The notes under the pieces are model-generated. The model was not told where the DNA came from, ran no database searches, and saw only the letters and a program-made list of their open reading frames with translations. The position numbers and the translations under genes were made by a program. From positions 76,596 through 140,595 of the forward strand of contig NZ_VORY01000008.1 in NCBI RefSeq assembly GCF_007997295.1: a stretch of 64,000 nucleotides of DNA. The letters run 5' to 3'. Of this stretch, positions 30,281 through 38,972 are shown in pieces. The DNA comes from Gillisia hiemivivida. Its GTDB lineage: Bacteria; Bacteroidota; Bacteroidia; Flavobacteriales; Flavobacteriaceae. Position 1 is the stretch's first letter; each line of letters opens with the position of its first letter.

Positions 30281-30997
30281 ATGAACTTATTTAAGCGATT
30301 ATTTAAAATTGGACAGGCTGAAACCAATTCGGCTATAGACCAAATGGAAGATCCCATCAAAATGACCGAGCAAGGCATAAGAGATATGAAAGAAGATCTT
30401 GACAAAAGCCTTGAAGCCCTAGCACAGGTGAAAGCTTTGGCTATTCGTGCGAAGAACGATCAGGATGAACATCAGAACAAAGCCGATGATTACCAGAACA
30501 AGGCCATTGCTATCCTAAAAAAAGGACACAAAAAGGAGATGGATTCCGCAGAGGCAGACCGCCTTGCCAAAGAATCGCTAATTCAAAAAGACCTTAGCGA
30601 CCAACAGGTAATTCGCTCAAAAGAAGAGTCTGCTAAGTTCGACAACAATGTAGCCCAGTTGCAAAAAAACATCCAGTCTATCAAAGGGAATATTGGGAAT
30701 TGGGAGAACGAATTGAAAACCCTGAGAGCGCGCGTGAAAGTGAGCAATGCTACAAAAAGCCTCAATAAGCAAATGGCACAGCTGGACAACTCGGGAACTG
30801 TGAGCATGCTGGAACGAATGAAGGAAAAAGTAGCCCAGGAAGAAGCCCTTGCTGAAGCTTATGGAGATATTGCAAACGCAACAAAATCCATAGATGACGA
30901 GATCGATAAAGCAGCAGATACCTCTAAGGGTAAGGCCGAAGAAGATCTTGCGCAATTGAAGGCAAAACTGGGGCTTAACGATTCTAAAGACCAATAG
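30281..30997 (+). CDS. pspA: PspA/IM30 (phage shock protein A / Vipp1, ESCRT-III-like) family protein
   Basis: The N-terminus MNLFKRLFKIGQAETNSAIDQMEDPIKMTEQGIRDMKEDL matches the PspA_IM30 start. The coiled coil spans the whole protein. Confidence 0.85.
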   Translation: MNLFKRLFKIGQAETNSAIDQMEDPIKMTEQGIRDMKEDLDKSLEALAQVKALAIRAKNDQDEHQNKADDYQNKAIAILKKGHKKEMDSAEADRLAKESLIQKDLSDQQVIRSKEESAKFDNNVAQLQKNIQSIKGNIGNWENELKTLRARVKVSNATKSLNKQMAQLDNSGTVSMLERMKEKVAQEEALAEAYGDIANATKSIDDEIDKAADTSKGKAEEDLAQLKAKLGLNDSKDQ

Positions 30998-30999
30998 CT

Positions 31000-31716
31000 T
31001 TGACCGATCTTTTAAATATATTATTCTCTGAAGTTAACCTGGTACTTTCCATCCTGCTCATCGTGCTAATTGTTTACTGGATAGCCACAATGATAGGCGG
31101 TATTGACTTTGACCTAGATTTTGATATAGATGTTGATGCCAATATTGAGCCTGCGTTGGACCTGGATGCAGGTATAGAAGGTGGCAATATGGATTTTGAG
31201 GATATTTCAAACGCCGAGGTCAATCAGGAAGATGTCGTTGGAAAGCGCCGAAATCCGCTAAAATGGTGGCAAATATTTTTGATCTACTTCAATTTTGTAG
31301 GCCTTCCATTCATGTTCACATTTACCTGTTGGATCTTTTTCTGGTGGTTCATGACGGTGCTTACCACAGCACTTACCTATACATATGACAATTTTATTGG
31401 GTTTGCCATTATGCTGCTGGCTCTTTTTCCGGCGTTGATCGTGACTAAAATTTTCACCACCCCGTTCAAAGGTTTTTTCAAAAATCTCAATAAAAACGGA
31501 GATTCACCTATAGATTATTTGGGAAGAAAAGCCATGTTGCTCTCTTCAATTTCAGAAGATAAGATGGGCAATGCAGAGGTGAAGGTAGACGGTAATTCCA
31601 TGTCTATATATGTAAAATCACTTAATGGAGAAGCTTTACCATACGGAAGTAATATCCTAATCATCAAAAGGTCGCCAGACCACAATTATTATTTAGTTCA
31701 AACGTACAACGATTAA
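31000..31716 (+). CDS. NfeD/YqiJ-like membrane protein (TM segments + acidic region + C-terminal OB-like domain), flotillin partner
   Basis: It uses a TTG start 2 bp after pspA. The TM helices are VLSILLIVLIVYWIATMIGGI and a WWFMTVLTTALTY...LLALFPALIVTKIF region. The C-terminus MGNAEVKVDGNSMSIYVKS resembles the NfeD beta-barrel. It directly precedes the flotillin gene. Confidence 0.5.
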   Translation: MTDLLNILFSEVNLVLSILLIVLIVYWIATMIGGIDFDLDFDIDVDANIEPALDLDAGIEGGNMDFEDISNAEVNQEDVVGKRRNPLKWWQIFLIYFNFVGLPFMFTFTCWIFFWWFMTVLTTALTYTYDNFIGFAIMLLALFPALIVTKIFTTPFKGFFKNLNKNGDSPIDYLGRKAMLLSSISEDKMGNAEVKVDGNSMSIYVKSLNGEALPYGSNILIIKRSPDHNYYLVQTYND

Positions 31717-31730
31717 AAAAACTTAAATTC

Positions 31731-33812
31731 ATGAATTCAATTTTACCAATTATTGGCATTGGGATAGGCATAGTTCTCTTCCTCATCATCGTCTACTTCG
31801 CAATCATTGCGATGTTCTACAAAAAAGTTCCCCAGGGTCAGGCCCTAATCCGTACCGGTTTTGGCGGATCCCAGGTTGCTACAGATAAAGGTCTATACGT
31901 AGTACCAGTATTCCATAAGGTTGAAATTATGGATGTTTCAGTAAAAAAGATCCAGATAGAGCGCCTTGCTCATGAAGGACTCATTTGCAAGGACAACATG
32001 CGTGCAGATATTAAAGTAGCCTTTTTCGTTAGGGTGAACAACGATATTGACTACATCAAAAAAGTGGCTCAAACCATTGGGGTAGCCCGTGCATCTAAAA
32101 TAGAAACTTTAGAAGATCTTTTCGAAGCAAAATTTTCTGAAGCACTTAAAACCGTTGGAAAGAAATTTGAGTTTATAGAGCTTTATGAAGCCCGCCGGGA
32201 ATTTCGAGATGAGATCGTGAATATTATAGGTACAGATCTTAATGGATATACACTGGAAGACTGTGCTATCGACTTTTTGGAGCAAACCCCAGTTACGGCT
32301 TTAAAAGCAGATAATATTCTAGATGCTGAAGGGATCAAGAAGATTACTGAACTCACTGCTATTCAAAATATTAAAGCCAACCTTATAAAGCGAGATGAAG
32401 AAAAGACCATCCGCAAACAGGATGTAGAAGCCCGGGAAGCGATCCTGGAACTCGATAAGCAGTTAGCTGAAAAAGAGGAACAACAAAAACGAGAGATCGC
32501 AAACATCAAGTCCAGGGAGGAAGCTGAAATCTTGAAGGTTTCTGAAGAGGAGCGTCTGAAATCTGAATCAGCACGAATTATCACTCAGGAAAAAGTGAAA
32601 GTTGCTGAAGAAAATATGGAGCGCCAGATCATTGTAGCACTTAAGAACAAGCAAAGGACCGAAGCTGTGGAAACAGAACGCGTTGAAAAAGACCGCATGC
32701 TTGAAGCTACCGAAAGAGAACGCGTGGTGACATTGGCCCAAATCGAGAAAGTGAAAGTTGTTGAAGTTGAAAAGAAGAATATTCAGGATGTGATTCGCGA
32801 CCGGGTAACCCTTGAAAAAGGAGTGGTTGAGGAGCAGGAAAATATGAAAGATATTGAAGCCTTCAAAACTGCCGATCGTGAAAAGCAGGTGAAGATAACT
32901 ATTGCTGAAGCTAATGCTCAGGAAAGCCTTATCAAAGTAACCAAAGCCGCTGAAGCTTCTAAAGAAGCCGCTAAACAAAGAGCAGAAGAGATTAATATTG
33001 AAGCTCTGGCAGAAAAAGAAGCCAGTATTAAACAAGCAGATGCCCGTAAGATCCTTGCAGAGGCACAAGCCAAAGAAGAAGCTACCATTGGGATGTCTGA
33101 AGCTCAGGTAATGCACGCAAAAGCTGATGCCCACGAGCGCCAGGGAATTGTGGAAGCAAATATAATAGAACTTAAAGCCAAAGCCTTGGCATCAGGAATT
33201 GAAGCCAATGCCGATGCAAAACGTAAAGATGGCCTTGCTGAAGCTGCCGTGATCAAGGAAAAAGCCCTTGCCGATGCTGCAGGAATTGAGGAGAAAGCCA
33301 ATGCAATGAAGAAACTTGACGGGGTAGGAAAAGAACACGAAGAGTTCAAACTACGTCTTGACAAAGACCTTCAGGTAGATCTTGCACACATCAACATCCA
33401 GAAAGATATCGCCGATGCCCAGGCCGCAGTGCTTGGAGATGCTTTACGAGCTGCTAAAATTGATATTGTAGGTGGTGAAACTATGTTCTTTGACAAGATC
33501 ATAAGCCAGATCACCAGAGCCAAAGGATATGACAGGTTGGTGGAGAACAGTACCAATCTACAGGAAGTGAAAACCGCCATTTTAGGCAGTGACAACCTAA
33601 AAGGAGATTTGCTGGACAAGATCAAGATGTTCACAGATAAGTACGGCATTTCTTCGGAAGATGTAAAGAATCTGAGTATTGCGACATTGCTGAACAACCT
33701 TAGACAGAAGTCTGATGACCAGGAAGAGCAAACGATCTTCGGAAATTTGTTAACCTTGGCCGATGGTCTTGGGATCTCAAATAAACCGCTCCCAAAACTC
33801 AACCATAAGTAG
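31731..33812 (+). CDS. Flotillin / SPFH (band 7) family protein, YqiK-like, with long C-terminal coiled coil
   Basis: An N-terminal TM (IIGIGIGIVLFLIIVYFAIIAMF) is followed by an SPFH domain (GQALIRTGFGGSQVATDKGLYVVPVFHKVEIMDVSVKKIQIER). The Ala/Glu/Lys-rich flotillin repeats follow. The protein is 693 aa. Confidence 0.85.
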   Translation: MNSILPIIGIGIGIVLFLIIVYFAIIAMFYKKVPQGQALIRTGFGGSQVATDKGLYVVPVFHKVEIMDVSVKKIQIERLAHEGLICKDNMRADIKVAFFVRVNNDIDYIKKVAQTIGVARASKIETLEDLFEAKFSEALKTVGKKFEFIELYEARREFRDEIVNIIGTDLNGYTLEDCAIDFLEQTPVTALKADNILDAEGIKKITELTAIQNIKANLIKRDEEKTIRKQDVEAREAILELDKQLAEKEEQQKREIANIKSREEAEILKVSEEERLKSESARIITQEKVKVAEENMERQIIVALKNKQRTEAVETERVEKDRMLEATERERVVTLAQIEKVKVVEVEKKNIQDVIRDRVTLEKGVVEEQENMKDIEAFKTADREKQVKITIAEANAQESLIKVTKAAEASKEAAKQRAEEINIEALAEKEASIKQADARKILAEAQAKEEATIGMSEAQVMHAKADAHERQGIVEANIIELKAKALASGIEANADAKRKDGLAEAAVIKEKALADAAGIEEKANAMKKLDGVGKEHEEFKLRLDKDLQVDLAHINIQKDIADAQAAVLGDALRAAKIDIVGGETMFFDKIISQITRAKGYDRLVENSTNLQEVKTAILGSDNLKGDLLDKIKMFTDKYGISSEDVKNLSIATLLNNLRQKSDDQEEQTIFGNLLTLADGLGISNKPLPKLNHK

Positions 33813-33820
33813 ATAACTTG

Positions 33821-33850
33821 CGCCCCGGGCAACCGGGGTGCTTTAATTTT
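33821..33850 (+). terminator. Rho-independent terminator after flotillin gene (CCCCGG-GCAA-CCGGGG stem-loop + T-run)
   Basis: A GC-rich 6-bp stem with a GCAA tetraloop is followed by TGCTTTAATTTT. It lies 9 bp after the stop codon. Confidence 0.7.
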
Positions 33851-33977
33851 CCACACGAAAAGCGAAATTTTCCCACAAGTCATTTCTGGATCTGGAAGGC
33901 CACGAAGGTTTTCATGCGCTAACAAGATCTAGATTGTGTAGGATCATTCATGCGTTTCAAAATTATTACATAGAGAA

Positions 33978-36900
33978 ATGGCAGAAGAGCAGGCAACAAT
34001 TAAGGACACTCAAACCCTCGACGGCGGCACCTATGAGATCATCCAGGGCCGTTTACAGAAACAAAAGACCGAGCTGCAGGAGCGTTTACAAAAACTTAAT
34101 GTAGAACGCAAAGAGGTTTTTGGTTCTCTGGAGACCAAATTGATCTCTACAGACCGTATAAATACAGAGAATAATTGCATTGCCCGGGACATCATCTCCC
34201 TGGGAAATACCTGTGTGTTTGGTTACAACGTGCATTTCGGTTTGCGAACCGAGATTAGTCTTTCAGATGTTTTTAGTATCTATGAATTCAGGGACAATCG
34301 CTTTGAGCCTAAGCCGCTAGATATTTTGCAGGATGAGGTTTTTGTGGCCGACTTTGCCAACCTTTACAAGTATTACCGCAACACCATTTTCTCTAAGTTT
34401 GCTGTTATTGGGAATTACCTTCATATGGTTTTTCAGCTTAGTGACAGTGCAACAGATATTAAGACTTTCAAATGGCTCATAAGGGACAACACTCTTCAAT
34501 ATATTGATAATCGTAGTGAAACAGAGTACAAATTCAAGCCTCAGCACGAATTCAAATGGCTTGAGGTAACCCGGGATATGCATCGCTACGGCGTGCATTC
34601 TCATGTTTCTATTCTGGATAAGGTTTTTGTAGAAACCATTGGAGGTGATCTTACCATTAAGATCGAGAACAACACCCAGGACGGAAAAGGAATCCTCGAT
34701 GAGCCGGTGGAGCATCAGGACCAGACTTTGGACGACGGGCAATACAAATTCGCCAATTTAGGCAACCTTATCGCTTTGGAAATAAAGCCATTTCAGGAAG
34801 CGCCGCGGTACTTTGTATACAACCATAAGCTTAAGGAAGTCAAGAAAATTGAAAGCATCAAAGATTCCTGTATCCTGTTGCCAGACGATCAGGGAATTAT
34901 TTTTCCTACCGGATATTACTTGCAAACCGGGGAGTACAAGATTCTCAACAATGAGATCCAGAATGTAAAGTTTGAGCAGAAGATCGCTTCTCCCAATGGC
35001 GAAGATTATCTTTATGTTTTCTATTCCCCCGGGGAAGGCCTTTACAACCTGATGTCTTACAATATCATCACCCAGGAGATTCAAACCCCTATTATTTGCA
35101 ACGGATTTACAATTCTTAAAAACGGAGAGCTCTGTTATTTTAGAACTGAGAATGAGCAAACTAGGCACCACGTAATCCAGATCTGGCAAACCCCGTATTT
35201 ATCAGGAGATTTTATGCCTTCACAGCACGAGGATACTTTGCTTTACAAAATTGGAAATAAAGATATAGTCAAAGCGATGGCCGAGGTGAACGGACTTGTA
35301 AATTTACTAAACAAAGAAGACAACTACGGCGGATTGTATCTGGATATCTCCAAATTTTCAAGGGACATTCTCGATTCCTATTACTGGTTGCCGGAGCCGG
35401 AAGCGCAGCAACTCAACGAGCCTATTGGAGAGATCAATAAAGCTGCAAATGCTGCGATAGATGAATTTGAGAAAGTTGTTCAGCTTAAGAAAAACGCGCA
35501 GGGACAAACCAAAGAGATCAGGGAGAAAGCACAGGCTATTTTTAGCAAAGTGAAAAGCTCTTCCTTCAAATCTATCAATGATTTTGTGTTGTTCTTAACC
35601 GAGTTGAGGAAGCTTCGCGGGGAGGCTATTAGCCTTAAGGATATTCGCTACGTAGATGCAGATTTTATTAAGCAGCTGGAAGAGGAGATCGCCCAACAAA
35701 CTCAAAAAATTTCTGAAAAGTGCGTACATTTCTTATTGGATCAAAAAGCATTGTTACCTTATCAAAAGACCGTTGATGAAAAGCGGGCAGCTTTAGAAAA
35801 AGTCAACAAGGTCATAGAAGTAAAAAAACTGGAGGAGGAGGTAAACCAAATAGCGGCAGATCTTGAGATGTTGATAGAGATCGTTTCCAATCTCGATATT
35901 GAAGACACCGCGCATTCTACAAAAATCATCGACAATATTTCTTTGATCTTCGCGACAATCAACCAATTGAAAGCCGCACTGAAAAATAAGAAAAAAGCTT
36001 TGGGAAGTGAAGAGGCACGTGCCGATTTTGCAGCTCAATTAAAGCTTATAGACCAGAGCATCATTAATTACCTCGATATTTCATCAACACCTGAAAAGTG
36101 TGACGAATTCCAGACAAAGATCTCGATACAGCTGGAGGAACTTGAAGGAAAATTCACAGATTTTGAAGAATTCATATCTCTAATAATTCAAAAGCGGGAG
36201 GAGGTTCACGCAGCCTTTGAAGCGAGAAAAAATTCTCTTGTTGAAAAGCGGAACAAAAAAGCCCTCGCCCTTCAAAATGCTGCAGATCGGATTTTGAAAG
36301 GAGCCATTTCTAAAGCTGAAAGGTTTTCAACAGCCTCAGAGATTCACGGGTATTTTGCTGCAGATCTTATGATCAATAAGGTTCGCGACATCATCAAACA
36401 ATTGGTGGAACTGGAAGATAGCGGGAAAGCTGAAGAGATAGAGACCAGCCTGAAAACCGCCAGGGAAAACGCGCTGCGAAAACTAAAGGATAAACTCGAT
36501 CTTTACGAAGATGGCGACAATGTGATCAAGCTGGGTAAACATAAGTTTGGAGTGAACAAGCAGCCCCTGGACCTCACCATCGTTTTAAAGGATGGCACCC
36601 CGCATTACCATTTAACTGGAACTGATTTTTACCAGGAATTAAAAAACCAGGTTCTGCTGAATTCAACCGCACTGTGGGAGCAGGAATTTGTTTCTGAAAA
36701 TCCGAAGGTGTATCGTTCGGCTTATCTCGCTTACAAATTATTCCGAAAGATTCCTCAAGCAACCTTGCTGGAGTCATCAGAAGAAGGGCTGCTGAAAATC
36801 GTGCAGCAGGAAAGCAATAGCGATTATACTGAAGGTTATATTAAAGGTGTTCACGATGTAGATGCCGCCAAGATCCTCCGGGTGCTGGTTCATAAAGATT

Positions 36901-38870
36901 ATGAACTAGGACTACTCACTTATTCGCCAAAAATAAGAGGACATGCACAGTATTTCTGGAACAGCTTAACCGCTGAAGTTCGCAAGAATTTAGACCAGAC
37001 TATGAAGGCTTCAGGAGAAGTATTGAGCATTTTTCCCAATACGCGGGAATACGATTTTCTGATCTCAAAGCTGAGCGGGCACATCTGTAACTATTCAGAA
37101 GGATCAGGTTTGTTTTCTTCAGAATTTAGTGAAAAAATAGCCGCTTATATTTTTGAAGAGCTACAAAGTGATAACGATTTTGTACGCAGTAGCGTTGCTT
37201 TGTTTTTGAAAGAAGATTTTTTAAAGGCATTGAAAGAACAACAGGCCGACCTTAAATTCAGGAAAAGTTATGAAGCGGAAACAACTTATGAAGGAAAGAT
37301 CCGTTTGATCAAACAGTGGGTTTCGGCCTTTGTAAATAGTACGGAGCAACCTGAAACATTGGGAAAACCTTTGCTTCTCAATTATGTTGATGAGGTGGTA
37401 TGCCTTATTATGTTTGAAGATGGATCTGTTTCTAAAACCAAAGCCGTATCTCCCGGGGAAACCATACAGGGATTAAGCGGGGATCATCCAAGTTTTCAGG
37501 ATGGGGTTTTTAATTTCAATTACCACAGTTTTGAAGCTCAACTGGAGGAGTTTGTAAATAATAACATTCCTGCTTATAACACTTTTAGAAAGGCAAAAAA
37601 CGAAGTGACCAAACAGCTCAAGGAAGACCTGAAACTCGAAGAGTTACAGCCAAAAGTGTTGACTTCCTTTGTACGAAACAAGTTGATAGACCAGGTGTAT
37701 TTTCCATTGTTTGGAGATAATCTTGCAAAACAATTGGGAACAGTGGGGGATAAGACCCGAACAGACAGAAGCGGAATGCTGCTGTTGATCTCACCCCCTG
37801 GCTATGGAAAAACTACGCTTATGGAATACATTGCAGATCGTCTTGGCTTGGTATTCATAAGGATCAACGGCCCTGCAATTGGTCACGAGATCACCTCAGT
37901 AGATCCGCTTTCAGCAACAAATTCTGCAGCCAGGGAAGAGCTGAAAAAGTTGAACCTCGCCTTTGAAATGGGGAATAATGTGATGCTTTATCTTGACGAT
38001 ATCCAACATTGCAACCCAGAGTTCTTACAGAAATTCATTTCTCTATCTGATGGTACCCGAAAAATAGAAGGGATCTTCAACGGGAAATCAAAAACCTATG
38101 ATCTGCGCGGAAAGAAATTTTGCGTGATCATGGCCGGAAACCCATATACTGAAACCGGTGACAAATTCAGGATTCCCGATATGCTTGCCAACCGGGCAGA
38201 TATTTACAACCTGGGAGATATCATTGGAGATACCGGGCACTTGTTCAAGCTAAGTTTGATCGAGAATTCGCTTACTGCGAATCCGTTATTGCAGCAGTTG
38301 AGCAGCACCCATTTTGACGATATATACACGCTTATTGACAGGATCGAAAATAATACTCAGGACACCCAACTTACCGGAAGTCATACCGCCCAGGAGGTGC
38401 AGGAATACACCTCGGTGCTTAAGAAAGTGATTGCCATAAGAGATACTGTTCTTAAAGTAAACGCTGCATATATAAATAGCGCCGCTATGGAAGATGAATA
38501 CAGAACACAGCCCACGTTTAAACTTCAGGGTTCCTATAGAGATATGAACAAGCTGGTGAGCAAAGTAGTACCTATTATGAACGACAAGGAGCTGGAGAGG
38601 CTTCTGCTTTCTCACTATGAGAGCGAATCGCAAACCCTCACTTCTTCTGCAGAAGCCAACCTTTTAAGATACAAGGAGCTTATAAACCGCCTTGATGAGA
38701 CAGAGCAGGAGCGGTGGAAAACCATTAAGGAAACCTTTGTGAAAAATAATAAGCTGAAAGGTTTTGGAAATAAGAATGAAATGGCGCAGGTGCTCTCGCA
38801 GATGATGCAGTTTTCAGATAATCTTGAAGGAATCAAAAAAGTATTGGAAAGAGGTTTGGAGAGGAATTAA
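33978..38870 (+). CDS. Giant (1630 aa) multidomain protein: N-terminal beta-rich region, ~700-aa coiled-coil, C-terminal MoxR/dynein-type AAA+ (AAA_5-like) ATPase module
   Basis: Walker A is LLLISPPGYGKTTLMEYIADRLG and Walker B is VMLYLDDIQHC. A sensor-like GNPYTE...NRADIYNLGD follows. The central part carries heptad-rich E/K/L segments. The gene is visibly more GC-rich than its neighbours. Confidence 0.7.
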   Translation: MAEEQATIKDTQTLDGGTYEIIQGRLQKQKTELQERLQKLNVERKEVFGSLETKLISTDRINTENNCIARDIISLGNTCVFGYNVHFGLRTEISLSDVFSIYEFRDNRFEPKPLDILQDEVFVADFANLYKYYRNTIFSKFAVIGNYLHMVFQLSDSATDIKTFKWLIRDNTLQYIDNRSETEYKFKPQHEFKWLEVTRDMHRYGVHSHVSILDKVFVETIGGDLTIKIENNTQDGKGILDEPVEHQDQTLDDGQYKFANLGNLIALEIKPFQEAPRYFVYNHKLKEVKKIESIKDSCILLPDDQGIIFPTGYYLQTGEYKILNNEIQNVKFEQKIASPNGEDYLYVFYSPGEGLYNLMSYNIITQEIQTPIICNGFTILKNGELCYFRTENEQTRHHVIQIWQTPYLSGDFMPSQHEDTLLYKIGNKDIVKAMAEVNGLVNLLNKEDNYGGLYLDISKFSRDILDSYYWLPEPEAQQLNEPIGEINKAANAAIDEFEKVVQLKKNAQGQTKEIREKAQAIFSKVKSSSFKSINDFVLFLTELRKLRGEAISLKDIRYVDADFIKQLEEEIAQQTQKISEKCVHFLLDQKALLPYQKTVDEKRAALEKVNKVIEVKKLEEEVNQIAADLEMLIEIVSNLDIEDTAHSTKIIDNISLIFATINQLKAALKNKKKALGSEEARADFAAQLKLIDQSIINYLDISSTPEKCDEFQTKISIQLEELEGKFTDFEEFISLIIQKREEVHAAFEARKNSLVEKRNKKALALQNAADRILKGAISKAERFSTASEIHGYFAADLMINKVRDIIKQLVELEDSGKAEEIETSLKTARENALRKLKDKLDLYEDGDNVIKLGKHKFGVNKQPLDLTIVLKDGTPHYHLTGTDFYQELKNQVLLNSTALWEQEFVSENPKVYRSAYLAYKLFRKIPQATLLESSEEGLLKIVQQESNSDYTEGYIKGVHDVDAAKILRVLVHKDYELGLLTYSPKIRGHAQYFWNSLTAEVRKNLDQTMKASGEVLSIFPNTREYDFLISKLSGHICNYSEGSGLFSSEFSEKIAAYIFEELQSDNDFVRSSVALFLKEDFLKALKEQQADLKFRKSYEAETTYEGKIRLIKQWVSAFVNSTEQPETLGKPLLLNYVDEVVCLIMFEDGSVSKTKAVSPGETIQGLSGDHPSFQDGVFNFNYHSFEAQLEEFVNNNIPAYNTFRKAKNEVTKQLKEDLKLEELQPKVLTSFVRNKLIDQVYFPLFGDNLAKQLGTVGDKTRTDRSGMLLLISPPGYGKTTLMEYIADRLGLVFIRINGPAIGHEITSVDPLSATNSAAREELKKLNLAFEMGNNVMLYLDDIQHCNPEFLQKFISLSDGTRKIEGIFNGKSKTYDLRGKKFCVIMAGNPYTETGDKFRIPDMLANRADIYNLGDIIGDTGHLFKLSLIENSLTANPLLQQLSSTHFDDIYTLIDRIENNTQDTQLTGSHTAQEVQEYTSVLKKVIAIRDTVLKVNAAYINSAAMEDEYRTQPTFKLQGSYRDMNKLVSKVVPIMNDKELERLLLSHYESESQTLTSSAEANLLRYKELINRLDETEQERWKTIKETFVKNNKLKGFGNKNEMAQVLSQMMQFSDNLEGIKKVLERGLERN

Positions 38871-38972
38871 CAACAGATCTATGTTCACATTCAACATAAA
38901 ATATTTTCTCTTTAATTTTTATTGTACCATTTAAATCAAATTGATAAAGAATTTCTTAATAGATGATTATCA

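Noticed and set aside
32363-33925. Several long antisense ORFs (73-188 aa) inside the flotillin gene, and similar ones inside the giant ATPase, permeases and T9SS genes
   Set aside because: They overlap strongly supported sense-strand genes. They have low-complexity, Ser/Phe-rich translations typical of the reverse frame of GAA/AAG-rich coiled-coil coding sequence. There is no independent support.
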